Shown here: positions 54,403 through 64,000 of the stretch, piece by piece | Layout: each line of letters opens with the position of its first letter | How positions within the stretch are numbered: position 1 is the stretch's first letter | Translations under genes and position numbers: made by a program | Assembly (NCBI GenBank): GCA_963713045.1 | Contig: CAVQKE010000006.1 | Span: forward strand, 32,001-96,000 | Direction of reading: 5' to 3' | Origin: an uncultured delta proteobacterium | Lineage (GTDB): Bacteria > Myxococcota > Myxococcia > Myxococcales > Myxococcaceae | Length of the DNA: 64,000 bases | The notes under the pieces: generated by a model | What the model was told of the DNA's origin: nothing | Databases searched by the model: none | Seen by the model: the letters and a program-made list of their open reading frames with translations, nothing else

Positions 54403-55224
54403 TCAAGCCGGAACCGCGAAATCGCGAAGGGCGCTCTCCAGAGACGTCTTTCGGTCGGTGCCGGCCGTCCGCTGGCCGATGATGAGGGCGCACGGCACCC
54501 CGTAGCTGCCGGCCGGGAAGGCCCGCGGGATGGTGCCGGGGATGACCACGCTTCGGGCCGGAACGCGGCCCCGGTATTCGCGGGCCTCGCTTCCGGTGAC
54601 GTCGAGGATGCGGGTGCTGGCGGTGAGGACGACGTTGGCGCCCAGCACCGCCTCCTCTTCCACCAGCACGCCCTCCACCACCACCGAACGGCTTCCAATG
54701 AAGACGCCGTCTTCGATGATGACCGGCGTGGCCGAAGGCGGCTCGAGGACGCCGCCCAGGCCGACGCCGCCGGAGAGGTGGACGTTGCGTCCCACCTGCG
54801 CGCAGGAGCCCACCGTGGCCCAGGTGTCCACCATCGTCCCGCTGCCCACCCGCGCGCCGATGTTGACGTAGCCCGGCATCACCACCGCGCCGGATTCGAC
54901 GTGCGCGCCGTAGCGGATGACCCCCGGGGGAACCAGCCGCACCCCGGCCGACGCCAAGTCCCTTTTCAGGGGGACCTTGTCATGGAATTCAAACGGGCCG
55001 ACGTGCATGGTGCGCGTCTCGGCGAGGACGAAGTACAGCAGGATGGCCTGCTTCACCCAGGCGTGCGTCACCCACGTCCCCTCCCGCTTCTCGGCAACGC
55101 GAAGGTCTCCCCGGTCGAGCGCGGCCAGCGTCAGCAGCACGGCGCTGCGCGTTCCGCTGTCCTGCAGCAGGGCGCGGTCGGCAAAGGCGGCCGAGACACG
55201 GGACTCCAGCATGGCAACGTCCAC
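54403..55224 (-). CDS. dapD: 2,3,4,5-tetrahydropyridine-2,6-dicarboxylate N-succinyltransferase
   Basis: LDRG.LRVAE, WVKQAILL, DKVPLK, MVDTWATVGSCAQVG, GGVLEP; AAGGAG RBS. Confidence 0.96.
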   Translation of the reverse strand: MDVAMLESRVSAAFADRALLQDSGTRSAVLLTLAALDRGDLRVAEKREGTWVTHAWVKQAILLYFVLAETRTMHVGPFEFHDKVPLKRDLASAGVRLVPPGVIRYGAHVESGAVVMPGYVNIGARVGSGTMVDTWATVGSCAQVGRNVHLSGGVGLGGVLEPPSATPVIIEDGVFIGSRSVVVEGVLVEEEAVLGANVVLTASTRILDVTGSEAREYRGRVPARSVVIPGTIPRAFPAGSYGVPCALIIGQRTAGTDRKTSLESALRDFAVPA

Positions 55225-55254
55225 GGGCGGATTCTCCTTTCTTACCGACGCCCC

Positions 55255-56145
55255 TCACCCTTCGGGGAGTCCGGCCAGCCGCCGGACGGCCTGGGCGATG
55301 GGCCAAGGGGCTTCTTCCTGCAGGAAGTGCCCGGCGTCCACCTCCGTCACGCGGGCCTTGGGGAAGGCGGCTCGGTGCCGCTTCAGGGCCCGGCCCAGAA
55401 TCGGGTCCCGTTGCCCCCACACCAACTCCACGGGCCCGGCGAAGGCCCGCACCCAGCGCTCCACTTCCCGCAGGGCCGGGACGCTGGGGTGCTGGGGGCC
55501 GTTGGGAACCATTCTGGCCAAGGCCAACGGCCCGGCGCGGTCTTCCCGGCGCGCCAGCGGCCAGCGGTAGGCAGCGGCCACTTCCCCCGAGATGCTGCGG
55601 CGGTCCGCCTGCACCCGGCCCAACAGGCCCAAGGGAAAGCCGAGGACACGGAAGGCGACGTCGCTGAGCAGCGGAACACGCGCCAGAGTGTGGAAGAGGG
55701 TGCCACGGAAGCGTGCCGGGAGGACGACGGCGGTGTTGAGGAGGCACAGGGCGGTCACCCGCGAGCCACTGTGGGCCGCGGCCCAGCAGCCCACCGGGCC
55801 GCCCCAGTCCTGCACCACCAGCACGGCGTCCCGGAGGTCGAGCGCTGCCATCCACTCGACCAGGGTGCCTGCGTGGGACACCAGGCTGTGCCAACGCACC
55901 GAACGGGGCTTGCTGCTTCGGCCAAAACCCAGCAGGTCCGGCGCCAGCAGGCGCAGGGGCGCGCCAGCCAGGGCGTGCAGGACGCGCCTCCAAAGGAAGC
56001 CCCAGGTGGGATTGCCGTGGACGAAGACGACTGGCCGGCCTTTTCCCACCTCGACGTAGGCCAGGCTTCCCCCGGACACCTCCAGGCGCTGGACGGGGTA
56101 GGGATACTCCAGAAGCACGCGCGGAGGCGGAGGAGGCGTTTCCAT
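55255..56145 (-). CDS. Haloalkane-dehalogenase-like alpha/beta hydrolase
   Basis: HGNPTW, PDLLGFGRS, nucleophile QDWGG, WGQRD, AGHFLQEE. Confidence 0.85.
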   Translation of the reverse strand: METPPPPPRVLLEYPYPVQRLEVSGGSLAYVEVGKGRPVVFVHGNPTWGFLWRRVLHALAGAPLRLLAPDLLGFGRSSKPRSVRWHSLVSHAGTLVEWMAALDLRDAVLVVQDWGGPVGCWAAAHSGSRVTALCLLNTAVVLPARFRGTLFHTLARVPLLSDVAFRVLGFPLGLLGRVQADRRSISGEVAAAYRWPLARREDRAGPLALARMVPNGPQHPSVPALREVERWVRAFAGPVELVWGQRDPILGRALKRHRAAFPKARVTEVDAGHFLQEEAPWPIAQAVRRLAGLPEG

Positions 56146-56211
56146 GGTTTCTTAGCCAGCCTAGGGGGCCGTCACCCCTGGCCCCACTGCCTGCAAAAGG
56201 CCAAAACGCCC

Positions 56212-57060
56212 GTGCCCACCTCTGCGCCGCTCGTCTCGCTGGTTATCCCCGTCTACAACGAGAACGACACGCTTGCCGAGCTCCTCCGCCGGGTGGTGGC
56301 GGTGGACATGCGCAAGGAAGTCATCCTCGTGGACGACTGCTCCACCGACGGCTCGACGGACTTCCTCCGCCAGCTGGCAGCCGAAGGCCTCCGTCTTCTG
56401 CGGGACGCGAAGCCAGCCAATGAGACGTCGGTGCACGTCCTCTTCCAGTCCAAGAATTTGGGCAAGGGTGCTGCGCTTCGCCGCGGCTTCCAGGCCGCCA
56501 CCGGCGACATCGTCATCGTCCAGGACGCCGACTTGGAATACGACCCGCGGGAGATTCCCAGGGTCATTCAGCCCATCGTCGACGGCGATGCTGACGTCGT
56601 CTACGGAAGTCGCTTCACCGGCACTCCGCGGCGGGTCCTCTTCTACTGGCATGCCGTCATGAATGGACTGCTGACCACCCTGTCCAACATGACCAGCGGC
56701 CTCAACCTCACCGACATGGAGACTTGCTACAAGGCCTTCCGACGCGAAGTCATCCAATCCATCCCCATTGAGGAGGACCGCTTTGGCTTCGAGCCCGAAA
56801 TTACCGCCAAAGTCGCCCGCGGCCGGTACCGGGTTTACGAGGTGCCCATCAGCTACCACGGGCGCACCTACGAGGAAGGGAAGAAGATTGGCTGGAAGGA
56901 TGGCGTTCGCGCGCTGTACGCCATTTTCAAGTTTGCGCTGAAGCGGGGGCCCCGGGCCGTGGCCGCCCTTCCGGCGCGGCTTTCCGCGGCCCCCCCGGGG
57001 GTCGAGGCGCCCACCAGCGACTCCTTCCGGGGCCGAGCAAGCAGCCAGACACCGCCCTAG
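56212..57060 (+). CDS. Glycosyltransferase family 2 (DPM1/polyprenol-phosphate-sugar synthase-like)
   Basis: VIPVYNE, VDDCSTDGS, GKGAAL, QDADLEYDP, GSRF, TDMETCYK, EGKKIGWKDG. Confidence 0.9.
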   Translation: MPTSAPLVSLVIPVYNENDTLAELLRRVVAVDMRKEVILVDDCSTDGSTDFLRQLAAEGLRLLRDAKPANETSVHVLFQSKNLGKGAALRRGFQAATGDIVIVQDADLEYDPREIPRVIQPIVDGDADVVYGSRFTGTPRRVLFYWHAVMNGLLTTLSNMTSGLNLTDMETCYKAFRREVIQSIPIEEDRFGFEPEITAKVARGRYRVYEVPISYHGRTYEEGKKIGWKDGVRALYAIFKFALKRGPRAVAALPARLSAAPPGVEAPTSDSFRGRASSQTPP

Positions 57061-57094
57061 GTGCGCGGAATCCTAGGGTGCTAGCGTGGCATGA

Positions 57095-58980
<1,886 letters not shown>

Positions 58981-58997
58981 CCCCACCGTGGCCGCCG

Positions 58998-60044
58998 CTA
59001 CCAGCGCACCTGCTGGTCCTCGGTGACGCCCGGAAGGTCCGTCAGCTGAAGGACTTCACTCCCTGCGCGCACCGTGCCGACGAAGAAGCCCTGCAGTTGC
59101 CAAAAGCGGCTCTTCACCAACACCAGGTTGCGCTCCTCGCGGTGCAGGTGCAGCGGGCGGAAGCGCAAGGAGAAGTCTCCCGTCTCGGACTCCAGCTGCC
59201 AGAGGCCCAGCGGGTCTTCACGCAGAAAGGAAAAGCGGGCCCGACCCAAGGGGTACAGCGCGCCCCCCACCCACACCGCATTCTCATTCTCGCCCGGCCC
59301 GTCGTTGACGCCCTCCACCAGGTTGAAGGACAACACCCGTCCGTCCTCCAGCCGCCCGGCAGCCATCGCCCAGCGCCAGGCAGTGCGGCGTGCCAACAGT
59401 CCCTGGGTGGCGTCGAGGCCCGCCACCGCCCCCTCCAGGGGGAGGGAGCGCCGGCCGACGTTCAGGCTGCCCGCGGCACGAAGCCCTCCAGACTTTTCGG
59501 TGACGTTGAGGCCGCCCCCGCGGACCGCCGCCACCACCACCAGCGGCGGGGGCGCCTCGTCCGCCAACAGGGCCAGGTGCAGATGCACCGGCCCGGCACC
59601 ACCGGTGCGGAAGGCGGCCAAGTCGACGTCCAGCTGGAGGGCTTTTGCCGTCTCGCCGCGCGAGAAGGCGAAGCGGACGCCCAGGGCCCGGAACTGGGCC
59701 CGCAGGCCGCGCGCCGGCCTGTCGTTGACGTGCGCCAGCGGCGCCAAAAACCCCACCGCAGCAAAGTCGAGGAGCGCGCGCTTGTCGCGCAAGTCCACCA
59801 CGGTGAAGAAGGCATGTGAGGCGTAACCGAGGTCCACCACGGCGGTGGCGAGGATGACGTCGGCCGTCGTCACCAGGCCGTACACCCAAGCCTTGCGGCG
59901 CAAGAAGCGCCGCCAGCCAGGGACGCCGTGGGGCGGCCGCAGCGCCTCCAGGCGCACCTGCTGCACGTCTCCTTGGTAGGTGCCGAGGCAGGGACGCAGC
60001 GCAGCGTCCGGAATGCATTCTGGCGCGGGCGGAAGGGTGGGCAT
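58998..60044 (-). CDS. DUF2804-like hypothetical protein
   Basis: R.K.W.Y N-terminal motif, D...G...R.T.WRW, NL..G, ENAVW, F.Q..G.F.G, G..EDQ..RW; start uncertain. Confidence 0.7.
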   Translation of the reverse strand: MPTLPPAPECIPDAALRPCLGTYQGDVQQVRLEALRPPHGVPGWRRFLRRKAWVYGLVTTADVILATAVVDLGYASHAFFTVVDLRDKRALLDFAAVGFLAPLAHVNDRPARGLRAQFRALGVRFAFSRGETAKALQLDVDLAAFRTGGAGPVHLHLALLADEAPPPLVVVAAVRGGGLNVTEKSGGLRAAGSLNVGRRSLPLEGAVAGLDATQGLLARRTAWRWAMAAGRLEDGRVLSFNLVEGVNDGPGENENAVWVGGALYPLGRARFSFLREDPLGLWQLESETGDFSLRFRPLHLHREERNLVLVKSRFWQLQGFFVGTVRAGSEVLQLTDLPGVTEDQQVRW

Positions 60045-60147
60045 TGGCCGAGGCACCATCCCCTCCAGAAGATGCTGGAGGCAAACGCCTTGTCGGGCCC
60101 GGCGCCCAGCAATCCCTGGCGGCGTCTCCCGTATACTGAAGCGACCC

Positions 60148-60741
60148 ATGCTCGACGACGTGAGGAAGGCAGTGCGGGGCCTCGGCCCAGCCAGCGTGAA
60201 GCGACTCGCCAACCAGCGTCTGTCGACGCTGGTGCTGCAGGAATCACGGCGGGCCAAGCGGCGCGTCAGCGACCTCAAAGCGCGCTACCCGTCCGCCGCG
60301 GCGCGGGAGTTGTCCCAGCACCTGATTGAGCAGAAGAAGCAGGCCGCTGCGTTGGTGGGGGGCATTTCCGGAGCCTTCGGCGTGGTGGGCATTCCAGCGG
60401 ACTTGGTGGCGATGGCGGTGTTGGAAGTGCAGCTGCTGGTGGACATCGCCACCGCCTATGAAGTGCGCTTGGAATTCGCGCGCTCGCGCGAGGAGTTGCT
60501 GGGCGTGTTGGGAACGGCCAACGGCGTCGGCGCGCTGGGCCGGGCCAGCCCCAAGGTGGTGGGAAAGCTGGCTCAGCTCCTCTTCGAGCGAGGAGGCTTG
60601 GCCAGCCTCGGACGGGCTTTCCCTCTGGTGGCCGCTCCCCTCACCAGCTGGCTCAACAACCGCGACATCCAAAAGCTGGGGGACGCGGCGCTGCTGCACT
60701 ACCAGGGCTTCGCCCGCGCCTCGGCCAAGCGCTCCAGCTAA
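60148..60741 (+). CDS. EcsC-family-like protein
   Basis: GGISGAFGVVGIPADL...DIATAY...LGRAFPLV pattern. Confidence 0.75.
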   Translation: MLDDVRKAVRGLGPASVKRLANQRLSTLVLQESRRAKRRVSDLKARYPSAAARELSQHLIEQKKQAAALVGGISGAFGVVGIPADLVAMAVLEVQLLVDIATAYEVRLEFARSREELLGVLGTANGVGALGRASPKVVGKLAQLLFERGGLASLGRAFPLVAAPLTSWLNNRDIQKLGDAALLHYQGFARASAKRSS

Positions 60742-60797
60742 AGCCGGCTGCCGGCAGTCGAAGACAGCGCCGGAGGCGTGGTAGGAAGTCGCCCTTC

Positions 60798-61136
60798 GTG
60801 CCAAGCCGCTTCGTCCTTCAACGTCGTTGGCTCGTGCCGCTGGTGCTGCTTGGCGCCTGCGGGGGCATTTACGTGGACGGCAACCTGCCCAACTCCATTC
60901 CGGTCATCACTTCCTTCACCGCCACGCCGGACATGCTGGATGCCGGCGGGGGCCAAAGCCTTTTGACCTGGACGGTGCTGTACGCTGACAACCTCTTCCT
61001 CGCGCCGGACGCAGGCAACGTCAGCGGCCTGACCGGCGGCCCGGTGGTGGTGAGCACCAGCACCACCTTCACCCTCAGCGCCTCCAACGCCCTCGGCGTC
61101 GCCTCGGCCAACGTCACCATCACCGTCGCCCCTTAG
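60798..61136 (+). CDS. Small lipoprotein with one Ig/PKD-like beta-sandwich
   Basis: Lipobox LLGAC; PVITSFTATP...L.W.V...TTFTLSASN..G. Confidence 0.75.
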   Translation: MPSRFVLQRRWLVPLVLLGACGGIYVDGNLPNSIPVITSFTATPDMLDAGGGQSLLTWTVLYADNLFLAPDAGNVSGLTGGPVVVSTSTTFTLSASNALGVASANVTITVAP

Positions 61137-63120
61137 TCGGGCGCCCTTTCGCCTTCCGGGAGGCTGGGCCAGTCTTGGGTCCCGGAGGCGCGCGGCCGGG
61201 CGAGGAACGCTTGGCCCCCGGCGGCTGACGGGGCCAGGCCCACTCCGGCTGGTTCACCACCGGCAGCTGCAGGGCGCGCTCGCGGTCGAGGTCCAAGTTA
61301 CCGAGGTGCAGCGACAGCGGCGCTTGCACCCATTTGTAAATGGAACCGAGGAAGAGTCGGACAAACTTTTCCACGTCTGCCTGCACGGTGGCGGCCGGCA
61401 TTTCGGGGAACAGGGTGCGCAGCACCTGCGCCACCTCCTCCGGCGTCAACTTCTCCTCGGCGAAGAGGTGGAAGCAGGCATCCAGGACGGGGAAGGGCAT
61501 CAGCTCTTCCTCCCCCAGCTGGTGCAGCGCCAGCTCCGGGCCGGCCGGCAGCGCCAGCACCTGGCGGATGCCATCCAGCTGCAGTCTCGCCTGGAGGTGG
61601 TCCAACAGGACGGCCACCACCGTCTTTGGTACGTTGGCGATGACCGCCAGTCCACCTTCGAGGTCCCCGCCGACGGTGGTGTAGCCCACCGCGCGCTCGC
61701 TCATGTTTCCGGTCTGCAGGAAGAGGGCGCTGGCCGAGTTGCTCCAATTCCACATTCTCTGGCCGCGCAGTCGCGCCTGGATGTTTTGCTCGGTCACCGG
61801 AGTGAGGGTGCCGTCCGGGCCCAGCATTTTCAGCACGGCGTCGCGCTCCGCCTCGAAGGCGTCGTCGATGCCCACCGTCTGGAAGGGCACCCCCAACTCC
61901 TCGCAGACGGTTCGGGCGGCGGCCTCGGTCTCGGCCGAGGAGAAGCGAGACGGCATGTAGAAGGCCCGCAGCAGGCTGCCCGGCGCGGCCGGGCGCACCC
62001 GGGAGGCGTAGCGGTGCGCCACCAGCAGCGTCAGCAGCGAATCCCGGCCGCCGGAGAGGGCGACGCCGAGGCAGCGGAAGACGCGGTTTTTCTCGAAATA
62101 ACCCCCGACGCCCAGCGCCAGCGCGTCCAGCACTTCCTCGCAGTAGCGGCGGCGCGGGCTTTCTGGCGCCTGCTCCGGCGGCAGAAAGAAGCTGCCGTGG
62201 GTGGGCACCGGGTAGCGCAGCCCTTGACGCTGGGAGGCGAAGGCTTCCTTGGGCACACTGCGGACGGGAACAGCTGGATGGCGCATCAGGTAGGCGGCTC
62301 GGTCCTGGCGCCAGGTGGTGGCTTCCCCACGCAGGCGGCGTGTCCGGTCGAGGTCCACTGTCACCGCCGCGAAGCCCTCGGCAAAGCGCGGGGCGTCCAG
62401 CATCTCGCGGCCGTTTTGGAAGACGAAGCCTCCCCCGTCGAAAATCAGGCCGTCGTTGGCGCCCACCAGGTTGACGTAGGCCAGCGTGCACTGCCGGTCG
62501 GCGGCGCGGGTGGCCAACAGCTCGCGCCGCGTGGCTTGCGTCCCCACCCGGAAGGGCGAGGCGGACACATTCACCACCAACTCGGCCCCGGCGTAGGTGC
62601 GCCGCCGCATCGGGCCGTCGGCGCTCCACACGTCCTCACACACCTCGACCGCCAGGATGCCGAAGTCAAACTCAAACACCTGGTCCCCCAGAGGGACACC
62701 GCGGTGCTGCACGGCGAGGCCGGGGTGCCCTCGGTCGAAGGTGCGACCTTCGTAGAAGACGCTGTAGGTGGGAAGCTTCTCCTTGGGGACCAGGCCTAGA
62801 ACGCGACCTCCGGCCACCACCGCCGCGCAGTTGTAGCGAAGGCCCTGGTGGGCGACGGCCACCCCCAGCACATGGACGGTGGGCTGGCCGGCGGTGGCCG
62901 AGGCGAAGCGCAACAGCGCCTCCCATTGCCGGTCGAGGAAGCCTTCCCACTGCACCAAATCCTCTGGCGGGTAGCCGCCCACCACCTGCTCCGGGTAGGC
63001 GCCGACGGTGACGCCGTCCTCGGCCATGGCCGAAGCCCAACCCAGCGCGCGCTCGACGTTGGAATCCACCGCTCCGACGGTGGAGTCGACCGAAGCCAGG
63101 CCAATGCGGACCAGTCGCAC
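61120..63120 (-). CDS. nadE: Glutamine-dependent NAD+ synthetase
   Basis: Nitrilase-type triad (YPEQ, PKEKLPTY, EVCED) fused to the synthetase domain (ALSGGRDS, QNIQARLRG, TGNMSE..VGYTT). Confidence 0.95.
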   Translation of the reverse strand: MRLVRIGLASVDSTVGAVDSNVERALGWASAMAEDGVTVGAYPEQVVGGYPPEDLVQWEGFLDRQWEALLRFASATAGQPTVHVLGVAVAHQGLRYNCAAVVAGGRVLGLVPKEKLPTYSVFYEGRTFDRGHPGLAVQHRGVPLGDQVFEFDFGILAVEVCEDVWSADGPMRRRTYAGAELVVNVSASPFRVGTQATRRELLATRAADRQCTLAYVNLVGANDGLIFDGGGFVFQNGREMLDAPRFAEGFAAVTVDLDRTRRLRGEATTWRQDRAAYLMRHPAVPVRSVPKEAFASQRQGLRYPVPTHGSFFLPPEQAPESPRRRYCEEVLDALALGVGGYFEKNRVFRCLGVALSGGRDSLLTLLVAHRYASRVRPAAPGSLLRAFYMPSRFSSAETEAAARTVCEELGVPFQTVGIDDAFEAERDAVLKMLGPDGTLTPVTEQNIQARLRGQRMWNWSNSASALFLQTGNMSERAVGYTTVGGDLEGGLAVIANVPKTVVAVLLDHLQARLQLDGIRQVLALPAGPELALHQLGEEELMPFPVLDACFHLFAEEKLTPEEVAQVLRTLFPEMPAATVQADVEKFVRLFLGSIYKWVQAPLSLHLGNLDLDRERALQLPVVNQPEWAWPRQPPGAKRSSPGRAPPGPKTGPASRKAKGRPTKGRR

Positions 63121-63149
63121 GACGGGACAACACACTCCTTTCCGAATGT

Positions 63150-63806
63150 CTAATTCACCAGGCCTTCGGGCCGCACCGGCTGCAACCGGGCCAGGACTTC
63201 ACTGATTTCGGCCAGCACGGTGCGCAGCCGTAAGCCCACCTCCAGCTGGCAGAGCAACTCTTGACGGCGTTCCACGTCGGCCACCACGCTGCTGGCCACC
63301 ACGTCGGCCAGGGCGCCACCCGCCGTCCGCGCCGCCGCCTGCAGCAGGCCCTGCGCCACCGGCGGTGGCAGGCGGGCCGCCAACTCGAAAACGGCCTGCC
63401 GCAGCTGTTCCTCCTCGGGAAAGCTTTGCTCGGGGTCGGGAAGCAAGGAGACGTTGATTTCCCGGTACTGCGCGCGCGGCGGCAACTCCTGGACGATGCG
63501 GGCCCGGGTGGTGCCTTGCACGATGATGTTGTAGCGGCCCCCCTCCAGCTCCTCGTGCCAGGCGATGACGCCGGCGCACACCATCGGCCTCATCCGTGGA
63601 CGGCCGGCGTAGCTGTTTTCGTAGCCTGGCTCCAGCTGGGCCAGCGCCATCACCCGGTCCTCGGTCAGCGCGTCGCGCACCAAGTCCCGGTAGCGGGTTT
63701 CAAAAATGTGCAACGGGAGCACGGTGTGCGGAAAAAGCACCACCGAGGGAAGAGGAAACACTTTGAGCGCGTTCTTGGCGCGCTCCAGTCGCTCCAGCGC
63801 CGTCAT
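63150..63806 (-). CDS. LON peptidase substrate-binding (N-terminal) domain protein
   Basis: VFPL..VVLFP...LPLHIFE.RY, GRYNI..QG..R, RQELL. Confidence 0.88.
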   Translation of the reverse strand: MTALERLERAKNALKVFPLPSVVLFPHTVLPLHIFETRYRDLVRDALTEDRVMALAQLEPGYENSYAGRPRMRPMVCAGVIAWHEELEGGRYNIIVQGTTRARIVQELPPRAQYREINVSLLPDPEQSFPEEEQLRQAVFELAARLPPPVAQGLLQAAARTAGGALADVVASSVVADVERRQELLCQLEVGLRLRTVLAEISEVLARLQPVRPEGLVN

Positions 63807-63880
63807 GTCCGCACCACAACCTAACGCGTTTCGCGCAGGCCCGCTTCAGGCTCTGCCACTGCTAGTCTGCCAACTCCCCC

Positions 63881-64000
63881 ATGGAAACCACCATTCCCGT
63901 CGCCAAGTCCGGCTGGGTGACGCGGGCCTACCTGCGGGTCGAGTCCTACGCCGGCACCCCAGCTGCCCTGGCCGCACTGGCCGTGGTGTCCTTCGTCGAC
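63881..64000 (+). CDS. Probable DedA/YqaA-family membrane protein, truncated by the window edge
   Basis: ATG at 63881 reads METTIPVAKSGWVTRAYLRVESYAGTPAALAALAVVSFVD, resembling YqaA N-termini (Y....A..P.A...L..VSF.D/E). Confidence 0.6.
   Translation, partial: METTIPVAKSGWVTRAYLRVESYAGTPAALAALAVVSFVD

Noticed and set aside
55255..56145. OleB beta-lactone decarboxylase / olefin biosynthesis cluster
   Set aside because: The fold is shared, but no oleA, oleC or oleD gene is nearby; kept as a generic dehalogenase-like hydrolase.
54187..56211. Apparent 957-aa giant glycosyltransferase
   Set aside because: The first 675 codons are antisense to cupinB, dapD and the dehalogenase-like gene; the GT2 domain begins at about 56212.

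Overview
A very GC-rich (roughly 70% by eye), densely packed chromosomal window from a Myxococcota bacterium. The assignment rests on a Dif-type chemosensory cluster, a SofG/MglA-like small GTPase, a stand-alone mreB, an SglK-like DnaK and an archaeal/eukaryote-type ProRS. I annotate about 66 CDS. Most are housekeeping, envelope or signalling genes: nagZ, cls, proS, thpR, hsp20, livKHMGF, MATE, grpE-dnaK, larBC, difACDEG, thiL, dinG/yoaA, hrcA, glnA, a KirBac channel, an ECF sigma/anti-sigma pair, hemF, glpK, dapD/dapE, mreB and nadE. One intact IS630-family element has inserted into a TAG stop codon. I found no rRNA, tRNA, CRISPR array, prophage or clear defence island, and no unmistakable new multi-gene system. 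The best leads are: (i) nickel-pincer cofactor genes larB-larC, without larA/larE, embedded in a continuous Dif-to-GrpE/DnaK gene run; (ii) an orphan MglA-family GTPase coupled to a PocR-like histidine kinase and then to thiL, which appears to need a CTG start; (iii) a PAS protein ending in a His-less pseudo-DHp domain; (iv) two paralogous ChrR-like cupins bracketing dapE; (v) a candidate anti-SD RNA thermometer in front of hsp20. All family calls are by motif recognition only; no database searches were run.
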